Shown: positions 17,301-26,740, counted from the stretch's first letter. The stretch: 64,000 nucleotides of DNA from an uncultured Bacilli bacterium (GCA_934130175.1 CAKOXP010000006.1:8868-72867); one strand, 5' to 3'. The notes: a model not told the origin generated them from the letters alone. A program made the numbers and translations.

Positions 17301-19810
17301 TGCGTTTTTGCTCCATTTTTATTAAACTGTATTGTTACTGTTTTTGGTGTGTTTTTTGTTAATGCATAATATGTAATATCATTTGATATTTCTATATTTT
17401 CGTTAGATTTTACTATTCCTGCTGTTGCATCTTTGCTTTCACCATATCCTATCACTATCGGTGTTGCACTACTTGCCTCTATTATTGGAGTTGTTACATA
17501 ACAACTTGTTTCTTGGATACTGTCATTATATACTGCAGCTATTATACATGTCTTTTTTAATTCTTCTACTTCTTTTCCATCTAGTGATGCTGCACCATTT
17601 CTTTTGAATGTCGTTGTTAGTTCTATCTCATTCTTTTTACTTATTGTAAAAAACTCTGTATCTTTTTCTATGTCTACTTCTTCTAATTCTTTATAACCTT
17701 CTTTTGCTTCTTTATCTGCATTCCATCCTACCTTTGAATATCCTTCTTTTACCTTCATACTTGGCATTTTTACTTTACACTTTAATGTTTGATCTTTTAT
17801 TTCACAACTTGCTGTTGTATTTGATATTTTTTCTACGCCTTGACCATTTCTTGTAAATGTAACTGTTATTGTTTTTATTACTTTTACTTTTACCTCTTTT
17901 GTTATTTTTCCATTCGCTTCTGTTACTGTTATGGTTGTAACCCCTGGTGATACTGCTCTTACTATTCCTTTTTCTGTTACGATTGCTATTTCTTTATTAT
18001 TACTTTTATAGCTTAGCTTTCCTATATTTGTTCCACTTATTTCTATTTGTTTTTCTGTTGTTCCTGTTAAATCTAATTCTATCTCTGGTGTATTAACATT
18101 CATACTCACTACTTTTGCAGTAGTTGACTCTACTTCTTCATTTTTATTTCCTACTTTATCTAAAACACTATTTCCTTTTAATTTTATTGTGAAGTTTCCT
18201 GAAGTCTTTCCTCTTACTGTTATCTTATATTTATATCCTTTATTTATCTTCTCTCCTATACTTATACTTTCTACTTCTCCTACTTCACTATCACTTACTT
18301 CTATTCTTTCTGTTTCTATTTTTGTTGTCGCTATATCTGCTGGATCTGTACATGTTAATTCTATCTCTTTTGTTTTGCCCTTTTCTACATATCCTCCATC
18401 TTCAAAACTACAACTTGGTTTTGTTTCATCTATATTTGTTATATCTACTGTCTTTTTGACTACGTTTCCTTTACTATCTTTTACGAAGATATAATATCTT
18501 CCATTCTTTACTATATTTAAACTTACTTTTTTATTTACTAATTCTTTATATTCACTATCTCCTGGTTTCTTATCTGTTGTTGTTACCGCATAATATGCTT
18601 TCTCTGATTCTGAGTCTGCTTCTATTGTTACTGTTGTACTTATATTTTCCTCTTCCTCTTTTTTTACTGTCGCTGTTAAACCTTGACTCTTTCCATTTAC
18701 TATTACTTTTCTTACTACACTCGCTGTATTTCCTTCACTATCTATTACTATATATTTTATTATGTAAGTTCCTGCTACTTCACTATTTACTACTCCTTCT
18801 ACTACTACTTTATCTGTTAATTCTCCATCTTCTACATCTCTTGCTTCATATCCTGCTTCTACATACTTTTCTTTATAGTCTAGACTTATTTCTTCTTCTC
18901 CCTTTAACACTATTGTTGGAGTATTTGTCCCTTTCTTTACTACATTTACTACTCTTGTTGAAATTCCCTTTATTCCTTTACTATCTTCTACTTCATAATA
19001 TATATAGTATATCCCTACTTTACTTGTATCTATTTTTTCTACACTCTCTGTTGTTTCTCCATTATTATATTCATATCTTACTTTTACTTTATCTAGGCTT
19101 ATTTCTTCACGTGATGAGACACTACTTACTCCTGCATCTACATATTCTTCATTTTGATTTATTTTTACTACACTTTCTCCATTTAGTTTTATTACTGGAT
19201 TTGTTGTTACTATATTTTCTGTATTTGTTTGGACTACATTTACTACTACTTTTGCTTTATATGTTTGTCCTTGTACTTCATTTGTTGCATCTTCTTTTAA
19301 CCACATCTTTATTTGATATGTTTCTTCTTCTCCCTTTTCTAAAATCCTATTTTCTTTTAGTACTAATCCACTTGATAATAACACTGGACTACTCCAGTCT
19401 CCTTCTCCTTCTTTTATGGAATATTTTATATTACTTTTATCTAGTGTATTTCCTTCCTTTTCTTCTAGATAGATTGTATATTTTCCATTTAATGTTCCTA
19501 TGTTTCTTACTGTGAATGTATATGGTTCTTGATTTAGTCCTTCTACATCTGTTAGAGGTGATGCATTATTTAGACTTATTGTATTTTTATCTTCATATTC
19601 TACTTTTAATGTCCCTGCCACTACTTCTGTTTGTTTATTTCCTTTTATTGTTGTTTGAAATAACGCATAGCTTCCTCCTATGGTTATTACAAGCAAAAAA
19701 ACTGCCAAAACTATTATTTTCGCATATTCTTTTTTATTTCTTTGTCTTATCTTCTCGTTAGATATTTTTACTTTTTTATATCTATCTCCTATGCGTCCTT
19801 TCTTTGGCAT
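14351..19810 (-). CDS. Giant (1819 aa) surface protein: TasA/camelysin-like N-domain, DUF5011/Ig-like, Big_2-like, Cys-pair Listeria-Bacteroides-type repeats, FN3, Ser-rich C-terminal domain
   Basis: Signal anchor ending IGGSYALFQ...AGTLKVEY (TasA-like); PVIKLNGES.../PTIVLKGEE... (DUF5011-like); YTFKGWTTTKE...LYAVW; C-terminus ...NIGIRPVIKVKKVD. Confidence 0.85.
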   Translation of the reverse strand: MPKKGRIGDRYKKVKISNEKIRQRNKKEYAKIIVLAVFLLVITIGGSYALFQTTIKGNKQTEVVAGTLKVEYEDKNTISLNNASPLTDVEGLNQEPYTFTVRNIGTLNGKYTIYLEEKEGNTLDKSNIKYSIKEGEGDWSSPVLLSSGLVLKENRILEKGEEETYQIKMWLKEDATNEVQGQTYKAKVVVNVVQTNTENIVTTNPVIKLNGESVVKINQNEEYVDAGVSSVSSREEISLDKVKVRYEYNNGETTESVEKIDTSKVGIYYIYYEVEDSKGIKGISTRVVNVVKKGTNTPTIVLKGEEEISLDYKEKYVEAGYEARDVEDGELTDKVVVEGVVNSEVAGTYIIKYIVIDSEGNTASVVRKVIVNGKSQGLTATVKKEEEENISTTVTIEADSESEKAYYAVTTTDKKPGDSEYKELVNKKVSLNIVKNGRYYIFVKDSKGNVVKKTVDITNIDETKPSCSFEDGGYVEKGKTKEIELTCTDPADIATTKIETERIEVSDSEVGEVESISIGEKINKGYKYKITVRGKTSGNFTIKLKGNSVLDKVGNKNEEVESTTAKVVSMNVNTPEIELDLTGTTEKQIEISGTNIGKLSYKSNNKEIAIVTEKGIVRAVSPGVTTITVTEANGKITKEVKVKVIKTITVTFTRNGQGVEKISNTTASCEIKDQTLKCKVKMPSMKVKEGYSKVGWNADKEAKEGYKELEEVDIEKDTEFFTISKKNEIELTTTFKRNGAASLDGKEVEELKKTCIIAAVYNDSIQETSCYVTTPIIEASSATPIVIGYGESKDATAGIVKSNENIEISNDITYYALTKNTPKTVTIQFNKNGAKTQSGKEDDIIEKSCTIPITYNGESQNKTCSITSPIIGASTETPTVIGYSTESSRYVNDWSSNDAKEVGENGKYYAQTKKDKVEKEVEFKIVENSHVTKLSLGSNSITSEKESIKTSCFINETYNGEVQATSCMVESPTIEVEEGYKKGFFGVSSDATTGSSSGEKVTSNNKIYYARALTGNSYTINYYDGDTKKGTTNAIVGSSYELTEASSLVSKEGYTFKGWTTTKESTTVEYNDKQTVKDLTKKDLGVVNLYAVWKDETKPKCSYTTSGSITTGNTTTITMTCTDSGSKIVQKDLTRTDFEVSNVSGSIVSIGNKVAVTNGYSYVLTLKGESVGSFNVSLKQGIISDNSGNKNDKITTGNIEVKGRVYTITYVKGSQVSSISSNSTSFTTTGSATSCTFDSSGISTCIPTYVTLPTIVANNGYIPTGWYNSTGTKIGNSGEKLSNYTLNSDVTLIAKAQDNTPPNAVSISSVSNNGTSLVIDYTGGFDAESGISKYTCNYGTDETLGSSISLSSSSTSCTIPTNKYTTYYYQICSINGVGLSTCSNIENTTTITGVPSSVTYNAGDIITYAASNWKVLSSDTDSVTLIYDGNYATGEYGSNSSWSNSNNAYTKANNLITNNGVINNDKTNGGLFKMTFTNGSSNYTDYTRLPLSSELSTNISNSSSTPFWTGTISSGNSMYIANPEGTKGYTYTKYSTSSQNYYAGYSARSLSTTSLATTLKSASSTIDSLSSSSSSLSIPGSSYSSSTTGSYYGTTSSSKTITSPGTQAYSSWSVSIGGTAITCKRNYTVGSTSSGTLNYCNSSSGSSTFSYSVSDSQNYTSSYSTGNIVSVIDGNVVFTSTNDIGFYTNYFNNNCGSTDYADGSPNAYNYLRRVKAVCGGDSVYVATTTAREALIQNISNNTSGTFGSGYCYPTQNTTVYQFNFGSFSGSNENIKHTVSKNSTTRYYATGTCSKKTVYNLSNSSKNIGIRPVIKVKKVD
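15930..17880 (-). repeat. Array of about 6 diverged 80-95-aa coding repeat modules (Listeria-Bacteroides-repeat-like, most with a conserved Cys pair)
   Basis: Recurring F-x-x-NG...C-x-I-x-x-x-YNGE-x-Q-x-x-x-C-x-(I/V)T-x-P-x-I...GY...YYA-x-TK pattern; approximate borders. Confidence 0.6.
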
Positions 19811-19891
19811 TTTTATTCTCCTATTTTTTTGTTATTTTCTAGTTCAAATTATACCATATTTACTCATCAAAAAAAAGATAGATATTTTTAT

Positions 19892-20581
19892 TTATCTACC
19901 TTTTCTTAACAGTTCAACAACTATATTTTGTTCTACTCCGTCTTTAGACTCCGAGTCGTTGGTTAACATATCTATCAAGAATTTTCTACCTTGACCTATA
20001 TCACCACCGCGATCTAAAACAATTGCTATAACGTTAGAACCTAAGGAAGAATTTTTTATTCTTACTATTGAGTATCTTGCTATTTCTGGCCCTGCAGCAA
20101 TTATTCTAACATCTCCATAAGTATTATCATGATAGTATAATCTTCCATCACCTACATAGTATCCAGAAGCATAACCACTACAACCATTACAATTTGCTGT
20201 ATAATAACTTAACTTGCCACTAAAAGTTTCTAAAACATCAGTTTTTTGAACAGGTGTTACCTCAGGCTCTTGCTTTATATCAGTTTGAACTGTTTCTTTA
20301 ACCTCTTCCTTAATCTCAACAACACTACTTTTTTCTTTTTCCTCTACTTTATCTATATCCTCATCTTGAGTTAAACTTTTTTCAATATCATCTTCAGAGT
20401 TTTCCTTTTCATCTATTTTTTTTGACACATCTAAGGTTTTCAAAAATAGATTTGTCTTCAGCTTTTTTATGTCAGTAGAAGCAGCAATTTCTTCAGTTTT
20501 CACATTAGTTGTTGCTAAAATAACTGGTATTGCAAATACTAAAAGCCAATTTATATAATATAGAAATTTACACTTTTTCAT
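19892..20581 (-). CDS. 3D-domain (MltA/RlpA-like double-psi beta-barrel) secreted protein
   Basis: C-terminus LSYYTANCNGCSG...DVRIIAAGPEIARYSIVRIKN...IAIVLDRGGDIG...IDML; start moved to ATG 20581 (MKKCKF..., RBS AAGGAG). Confidence 0.7.
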   Translation of the reverse strand: MKKCKFLYYINWLLVFAIPVILATTNVKTEEIAASTDIKKLKTNLFLKTLDVSKKIDEKENSEDDIEKSLTQDEDIDKVEEKEKSSVVEIKEEVKETVQTDIKQEPEVTPVQKTDVLETFSGKLSYYTANCNGCSGYASGYYVGDGRLYYHDNTYGDVRIIAAGPEIARYSIVRIKNSSLGSNVIAIVLDRGGDIGQGRKFLIDMLTNDSESKDGVEQNIVVELLRKGR

Positions 20582-20676
20582 AACAATCTCCTTATTACAA
20601 TATAATACTACATATGTGTAAATTTTACAATTACTTGACAAAAATTACCATTTTATTTACGTAAACAAAAAACAGG

Positions 20677-21576
20677 CTAAGCACCTGTTTTATCACATGT
20701 ATATCCTGAAGTTAACATTTTAGATTCTACCTTGTCTATGTTATCTTTATACTTAAATTGTGGAAATACTCCGCCTGCTTCACTGAAAGCAGAATCAACT
20801 TTAGTAGTATCAAGATTTGCATAATCAAATATCTGTTTAACAGAATTAACGCCATTATTCAAACTACATATTACTCTAATTCCTTCTAAATTTTTAACTT
20901 CAGTTTCTAATGTTTTGCAATCCTTATTTAATTGTTCTAATTCAGTTTTATCTTTCTGCTTATCACCAGTTGAAGTAACAGTATAAACTAAATTAGTTAT
21001 TTCTTTATTTTCAAAAGTGAAAGATGCCGTATATTTTAAATCTAAATTTTTTGAACTCTTATCTGCAATACAAAGTAGCTTTCCATTAGATATTTCAGCT
21101 ATTTGTTGTTGTTCCTTTTTCAAATTAATATATTCTGTAATATCTCCTAAAAAATAAACAAATAGAAATAAAAATATGAATAATAAAATTGTAGTAATTT
21201 TTCTAAAAGTACTTGGACCTTTATAATCTTCCTCTTCTTTTTTATTTTGTTCTTCTTTTTTATGATTATTGTCATTACCAGTATTATTATTTTGTGGCAT
21301 CACAGTTTGAGTTGGTTTTTGGTTTTCAACTTTTAATATATTTTCAGTTTGTTTTACAACTGTTGTATTGCTAACGGGCTGAACAGGTTGAACAGGTTGA
21401 ACGGGTTGGACAGGCTGTATATTTTGTTGTTCATTAATTACTTGATTATTTAATTTTTCTTGTTCAACATTACCAATTTCTGTTTCAATATTTGTAGGAT
21501 TTTCTACTGAATTGCTATTTATAACTGTTGTATTATTAAGTTGTGATACTACTTTTTTATCATCTTCATTATTCAT
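20677..21576 (-). CDS. Membrane-anchored protein with Q/N/P-rich N-terminus
   Basis: IQPVQPVQPVQPVQPV repeat (9-bp units at about 21376..21420), single TM ITTILLFIFLFLFVYFLG, Cys-containing C-domain; terminator hairpin AAACAGG/CCTGTTT overlaps the stop. Confidence 0.55.
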   Translation of the reverse strand: MNNEDDKKVVSQLNNTTVINSNSVENPTNIETEIGNVEQEKLNNQVINEQQNIQPVQPVQPVQPVQPVSNTTVVKQTENILKVENQKPTQTVMPQNNNTGNDNNHKKEEQNKKEEEDYKGPSTFRKITTILLFIFLFLFVYFLGDITEYINLKKEQQQIAEISNGKLLCIADKSSKNLDLKYTASFTFENKEITNLVYTVTSTGDKQKDKTELEQLNKDCKTLETEVKNLEGIRVICSLNNGVNSVKQIFDYANLDTTKVDSAFSEAGGVFPQFKYKDNIDKVESKMLTSGYTCDKTGA

Positions 21577-21596
21577 AATATTATCTCCTTTTATTC

Positions 21597-22223
21597 TTAT
21601 CTTAGTGAATTTATTTTCTCTTCAAAATTACTACTATTTATAATATAACTACCTGAAACTAAAATATCACATTTTTTACACAATTTTGAAGTTTTTTCAT
21701 TGATTCCACCATCTACACTTACTACTATATTGCTCTTGTACTCTTTTAATAAAACTTTTATCTCATCTATCTTTTTTGGAGTATCTTCAATAAATTTTTG
21801 TCCACCCTGCCCAGGTTCTACTGACATTACTAATATTAAGTCTATAAATGGTAAATAAGGAACTAAATTACTTACTTTAGTATCAGGTTTTATTGCTAAA
21901 CCTGATTTTATTCCATAAGATTTAATTTGTTTTAAATAGTTTTCCACATTATCTGTTAATTCTTCATGAATTGTAATATATTCAGTATTTAAAGTAGCAT
22001 AATCATCAATATATTTTTTAGGAACTTTTACCATTAAATGAACATCTAATCTTTTTGAAGTATATTTATAGATGTTTTTCATTTCTCTAAATGGCATTGT
22101 TTTATTAGGAACAAATTTACCATCCATTACATCTACATGTATATAGTCTGTAGAAGTTTCATTTAACTTTTTCAAGTCTTTTGGTATATTATCGCTACTC
22201 AAAAACGATGTTGATATAAGCAT
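21597..22223 (-). CDS. rpe: Ribulose-phosphate 3-epimerase
   Basis: HVDVMDGKFVPN, MSVEPGQGGQKF, VDGGIN motifs; canonical position after rsgA. Confidence 0.9.
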   Translation of the reverse strand: MLISTSFLSSDNIPKDLKKLNETSTDYIHVDVMDGKFVPNKTMPFREMKNIYKYTSKRLDVHLMVKVPKKYIDDYATLNTEYITIHEELTDNVENYLKQIKSYGIKSGLAIKPDTKVSNLVPYLPFIDLILVMSVEPGQGGQKFIEDTPKKIDEIKVLLKEYKSNIVVSVDGGINEKTSKLCKKCDILVSGSYIINSSNFEEKINSLR

Positions 22224-22227
22224 TCTA

Positions 22228-23055
22228 TCACTTTCTTTCAATAAATTTTAAATAATTTTCATATCTGCTCTTCATTATATTATTGTCATTAACTGCAATT
22301 TTTACCCTACATTCTTCTTCATTTTTATGCATACAATCTTTATAAATACAAGGATAGTCTTTAAATTCAATAAATCCATCTCTTATTTGTTCATTGCTGT
22401 ATTCATAAAAATCTAATGCTGAAAATCCTGGAGTATCTAGAACTTTTCCGTTTTCTATTTCAAAAAGCTCTACAACTCTTGTTGTATGTCTACCTCTGCC
22501 AAGAGCAGTTGATACCTCGCCTGTATCTAAATTCCAATCAGGATTAAGTTTATTAAGTAATGTTGATTTACCAGCACCAGTTTGTCCTGTAAAAACACTA
22601 GTTTTATTACTTAAAAGTTTTTTAATTTTATCAATGTCAGTATTATATATTACTTGATAACCTAATTTTTTATAATACGCTAAAGCTTCATCTATTTTTT
22701 CTAATTCATTAGTTAAAAGCAAATCACGTTTAGTAATACATATAATAGGTTCTACATTATGTAACTCCATTAAAACAAGTAATTTATCTAATAAATTTAA
22801 AGAGAAATCTGGAAGGCGTAAACTAGTTATTAAAAATGCTTGATCTATATTAGCAACACTTGGTCTTTGAAAAGAATTCTTACGAGGTAAGATTTTTTCA
22901 ATGACTTTTTTACCTGAATCGAAGATAACGTAATCTCCTACTTTTGGGATTATTTTATCTTTTCGAAATTTTCCTCGACATTTACAGTCATAATTCTTTC
23001 CATTATAACTAACTATATGTAAATCACTAACAATTTTAATAATTTGACCTTCCAT
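22228..23055 (-). CDS. rsgA: Ribosome small-subunit-dependent GTPase A
   Basis: GQTGAGKSTLLN P-loop, circularly permuted GTPase order, C-terminal Cys/His zinc motif CIYKDCMHKNEEEC. Confidence 0.9.
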   Translation of the reverse strand: MEGQIIKIVSDLHIVSYNGKNYDCKCRGKFRKDKIIPKVGDYVIFDSGKKVIEKILPRKNSFQRPSVANIDQAFLITSLRLPDFSLNLLDKLLVLMELHNVEPIICITKRDLLLTNELEKIDEALAYYKKLGYQVIYNTDIDKIKKLLSNKTSVFTGQTGAGKSTLLNKLNPDWNLDTGEVSTALGRGRHTTRVVELFEIENGKVLDTPGFSALDFYEYSNEQIRDGFIEFKDYPCIYKDCMHKNEEECRVKIAVNDNNIMKSRYENYLKFIERK

Positions 23056-23076
23056 ATTTCTCCTTCTAATCTAATG

Positions 23077-24873
23077 TTATTGTGTCTTACTTTCCTCTGT
23101 TTTTGTATCGGTAGATGTTTTATCATCTGTTGTTTTATCAGATTTTGTATCAGTTGTTTTATCATCAGTTTTCTTTTCTGTTGGCTTAGTTGCAATATCA
23201 ACAGTTAAAGTTGTTCCCTCAACTATTTCAGTACCAGCTACTCTTGATTGACTAATTATTTTTCCTTGAGCATACTCAGTAGTTTCTACATAATTTGTCT
23301 TTAACTCCAATTTATATTTTTTACAGAAAGCTGTTACATCATCATAACTATATCCTGCTGCTACCATATCTGGGAACTTTTCAATTAAATTAGGAATATA
23401 TAGAGTAATTGAATCTCCAGCCTTTACTTCTGATTTAGCTGCTAGAGATTGACCAATAATTTCTTGTTCATCATATTCACTATTTTCAACATCTTTCTTT
23501 TCTATAGTAACAACTAATTTATACTTAGATTCTAGAATTGTTTGAACCTCAATATAGTTCTTACCTGTGTAATCATCTAAAGTAAATGTTTCTTCTCCAC
23601 TAGATTTATAAATAGTAATCTTACTACCTTTTTTTACACTTTCACCCTTAGGTGGATCTGTTTTTACAACTCTACCCTTTTCAATTTTTTTGCTTTCAAC
23701 CTTTTTTATCTTAGTATTTACAACAAAACCTTTATCTTCTAATTTCTCTGTTGCCTTACTTACAGTTAAACCTGATACACTTGGAACTGTAACCATTTTA
23801 GGTTTAGTAAGCTTTGGTACTAAAAATATTACTACTAGGAAAATTACTACTAATAGTGCAAAAACTGCTGATAAAATTATGATTATTTTTTTATTTTTCT
23901 TATCAATTTTATCTTCTGGATCAATTTTTTCAGCTATTTCTTCGGCTTCTTCATCTTCTTTTTCTAATTCTTCTAGCTTCTTTAATCTTTTAGTATTTTC
24001 TGTTTCATGTTCTGGATATTTATAAATTAATGGTTCTTCATTCATTCTATCATCATCTAAAGCTGTTAATAAATCATCATGCATACTTCTAACATCATCA
24101 TAACGATTCTTAGGATTCTTAGCTGTTGCTTTCAAAATGATATTTTCAATACTTTGAGGAATACTTTCATTATCTTCTCTAATATTAGGAAGTGGATCTC
24201 TCATATGTTTTAAAGCAATTTCTACTGCATTATCACCTTTAAAAGGAAGCTTACCAGTTAGTAATTCATAAAAGATTATTCCCATTGAGTAAATATCACT
24301 TTTTGTAGTTGAGCCTTTTCCTGCGGCTTGTTCTGGTGGTAGATAATGAACACTTCCCATTACAGAGTTTGTTTGTGTAAGTTGTGTTGAATTAAGTGCC
24401 ATAGCAATACCAAAGTCAGTAATTTTTATTTGACCATCATCTTGAATCATAATATTTTGTGGTTTTAAATCTCTATGAATAATATAAGAATCATGAGCAT
24501 GAGCCATACCATCAGTTAACTGCAACATAATATCTATTGCTTCTGATAAAGTAAGACTTCCTCTTCTTTTTAGCAATTGCTTTAAAGTAATACCATCAAC
24601 ATATTCCATTACAATATAGTAAAGTCCATTGTCTTCACCAACATCATACATTTCAACTATATTTGGATGTGAAAGACTAGATGCTGATAAAGCTTCTCTT
24701 TGAAATCTTCTAACAAATTTTTCATCATTAGATAAATCTCCTCTTAGTATCTTAATAGCCACATTTCGATCTAATATTTCATCATAACCAAGATAAACAT
24801 TAGCCATTCCACCTTCGCCAATGCTTTTAATTATTTCATATCGATCATTAATTTTTTGCCCCTTTGAAATCAT
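23077..24873 (-). CDS. prkC: Ser/Thr protein kinase with PASTA repeats
   Basis: GEGGMANVY, VAIK, HRDLKPQN, DFG catalytic motifs; TM; three PASTA-like repeats; T/K/D-rich tail. Confidence 0.92.
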   Translation of the reverse strand: MISKGQKINDRYEIIKSIGEGGMANVYLGYDEILDRNVAIKILRGDLSNDEKFVRRFQREALSASSLSHPNIVEMYDVGEDNGLYYIVMEYVDGITLKQLLKRRGSLTLSEAIDIMLQLTDGMAHAHDSYIIHRDLKPQNIMIQDDGQIKITDFGIAMALNSTQLTQTNSVMGSVHYLPPEQAAGKGSTTKSDIYSMGIIFYELLTGKLPFKGDNAVEIALKHMRDPLPNIREDNESIPQSIENIILKATAKNPKNRYDDVRSMHDDLLTALDDDRMNEEPLIYKYPEHETENTKRLKKLEELEKEDEEAEEIAEKIDPEDKIDKKNKKIIIILSAVFALLVVIFLVVIFLVPKLTKPKMVTVPSVSGLTVSKATEKLEDKGFVVNTKIKKVESKKIEKGRVVKTDPPKGESVKKGSKITIYKSSGEETFTLDDYTGKNYIEVQTILESKYKLVVTIEKKDVENSEYDEQEIIGQSLAAKSEVKAGDSITLYIPNLIEKFPDMVAAGYSYDDVTAFCKKYKLELKTNYVETTEYAQGKIISQSRVAGTEIVEGTTLTVDIATKPTEKKTDDKTTDTKSDKTTDDKTSTDTKTEESKTQ

Positions 24874-25617
24874 CTATACTTCACCTTCCATATCACGAAT
24901 TAGGTATGCTACTGAAATATTATCAGTACCACCTCTATTATTAGCTTTTTGAATTAGCTTAATTACTTTTTCTTCTATCTCAATATCTTCTAATAAAACT
25001 TTTTCTATTTGGTCTTTATCTAACATATTAGTAAGTCCATCACTTGATAAAAGTATTTCTTTAACATCCATATCACAATCAAAGATATCAACATCAACTT
25101 TTAATGAAGCGCCTAATGCTTTCATCAAGACATTTTTCTTTGGATGAACACTAGCTTCTTCTTTTGTGAGTTCTCCTGCTGATACTAGTAAATTAACTAA
25201 CGTATGATCATAAGTAACTTTATGAAGTTTATCATCTTTCATAACAAATCCGGATGAATCTCCAATATTTCCAAATAATAAATATTCTTTTGTTAAAATT
25301 GCCATTACTAACGTTGTTCCCATACCTTTACTTTCAGGATGAGTTTTTTCATGTTGAAAAATTAATGTATTTATTTCATTAACACAGTCTCTTATCCAGT
25401 TAACTGCATCTATTTTACTCATATTTAAAAATGTTTCATTAAAGTGTTTACCAAGATATGTGATAGCAATAGATGAAGCAACCTCACCTGCAGAATGTCC
25501 TCCCATTCCATCAGCTATGGCCATTAAATATTCACCATCTTGATTTTTTGAAATAATTACACTGTCTTCATTATGGTCTCTTACTTTTCCTGCATCAGTT
25601 AAATAAAATGACTCCAT
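24874..25617 (-). CDS. stp: PP2C-family Ser/Thr phosphatase
   Basis: DGMGGHSAGEVAS, GGTDNISV; abuts prkC. Confidence 0.9.
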   Translation of the reverse strand: MESFYLTDAGKVRDHNEDSVIISKNQDGEYLMAIADGMGGHSAGEVASSIAITYLGKHFNETFLNMSKIDAVNWIRDCVNEINTLIFQHEKTHPESKGMGTTLVMAILTKEYLLFGNIGDSSGFVMKDDKLHKVTYDHTLVNLLVSAGELTKEEASVHPKKNVLMKALGASLKVDVDIFDCDMDVKEILLSSDGLTNMLDKDQIEKVLLEDIEIEEKVIKLIQKANNRGGTDNISVAYLIRDMEGEV

Positions 25618-26645
25618 TAACTTTCCTCCTTACTTCTTAGTTGTCCACAAGCTGCACTAATATTGCCACCAAACTCACGCCTTATTGTCACACTAATCTT
25701 ATTCTTCTTTAGTATATCATAAAACTTCATAATTTGCATAGCATTACTACGATTAAATTGAATATTTTCTGTAGTGTTATAAGGAATTAAATTGACATAA
25801 GCATTCATCCCTTTAATTAGATTAGCTAAAGAAATAGCATCACTTTCGCTATCATTAACCCCGTCTAATAAAATATATTCAAAAGTTAATCTTCTACCAG
25901 TCTTTTCAATGTATTTTTTCAAAACTTTTATTAAATCTTCTAAAGGATAAACCTTATTAATAGGCATTATTTTATTTCTTAGTTCATTTGTAGGTGCATG
26001 AAGAGAAATTGCTAAATTAACTTGTAATGAAAAATTCATAAACTCTTCAATCTTGGGAATGATTCCACAAGTTGATACTGTAATATGTCTACTTCCAATC
26101 GCAAGTCCTTTAGGATCATTTATTATTTTAAATAAGTTAATAACGTTATCGTAATTATCAAACGGTTCACCTATACCCATAATAACCACATGCGAAATAC
26201 GAGATTTTATGTCTTCTTCTACTTGAAGAATTTGTAAAACCATTTCACTAGTTTCCAAATTTCTTACTTTTTTCCTTCTTCCACTTTCACAAAAACGACA
26301 TCCCATATTACAACCAACTTGACTTGAAATACAAATACTATTTCCATAGTCATGTCTCATAAGTACTGCTTCAATATGTTCACCATCACTAAGCTTAAAT
26401 AAATATTTATTTACATCTGTATCTCTTTCAACCAAAATTAAATCTAATTTTTTAATATCAAAATCTTCTCTTAACTTTAAAATAGTTTCCTTCTTTATAT
26501 TACTCATCTCTTCAAATGAAGAAACACGTTTTTTATATAACCATTCAAATACTTGTAAAGCATGAAATTTCTTATCGTTATTATTAATAAAATAGTCTTG
26601 CAATTGCTCTAAATTATAATTATATATACTTTTCATATAGATCAC
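25617..26645 (-). CDS. rlmN: 23S rRNA/tRNA (adenine-C2)-methyltransferase, radical SAM
   Basis: SSQVGCNMGCRFCESG (CxxxCxxC), GIGEP, C-terminal AACGQL. Confidence 0.9.
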   Translation of the reverse strand: MIYMKSIYNYNLEQLQDYFINNNDKKFHALQVFEWLYKKRVSSFEEMSNIKKETILKLREDFDIKKLDLILVERDTDVNKYLFKLSDGEHIEAVLMRHDYGNSICISSQVGCNMGCRFCESGRRKKVRNLETSEMVLQILQVEEDIKSRISHVVIMGIGEPFDNYDNVINLFKIINDPKGLAIGSRHITVSTCGIIPKIEEFMNFSLQVNLAISLHAPTNELRNKIMPINKVYPLEDLIKVLKKYIEKTGRRLTFEYILLDGVNDSESDAISLANLIKGMNAYVNLIPYNTTENIQFNRSNAMQIMKFYDILKKNKISVTIRREFGGNISAACGQLRSKEES

Positions 26646-26690
26646 CTACTACATAGAGTATTATACTATTTTCTATATTCTTTAGTAAAG

Positions 26691-26721
26691 AAAAAAAAGC
26701 ACACTTTTAATGTGCTTTTTT
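26691..26721 (-). terminator. Intrinsic terminator after the Rpn-family gene
   Basis: AAAAAAAAGCACA-CTTTTAA-TGTGCTTTTTT (symmetrical A/T runs). Confidence 0.65.
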
Positions 26722-26740
26722 AATCTAGTTAAATAGGAAA

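Noticed and set aside
16645-19994. Six + strand ORFs (16645..16953, 17425..17607, 18189..18494, 18577..19515, 19516..19761, 19680..19994), some long, with Leu/Phe/His-rich translations
   Set aside because: They lie antisense to the 1819-aa gene. Their low-complexity L-rich products are what the complement of a K/E/V/T-rich, AT-rich coding strand yields. They have no RBSs and the minus-strand frame has clear domain content.
23013-23201. 62-aa ORF overlapping the prkC 3' end and the rsgA start; likewise 40527..40739 inside the tail-collar-like gene
   Set aside because: These are alternative-frame ORFs fully embedded in well-supported genes. They have no RBS and biased K/Q or low-complexity composition.
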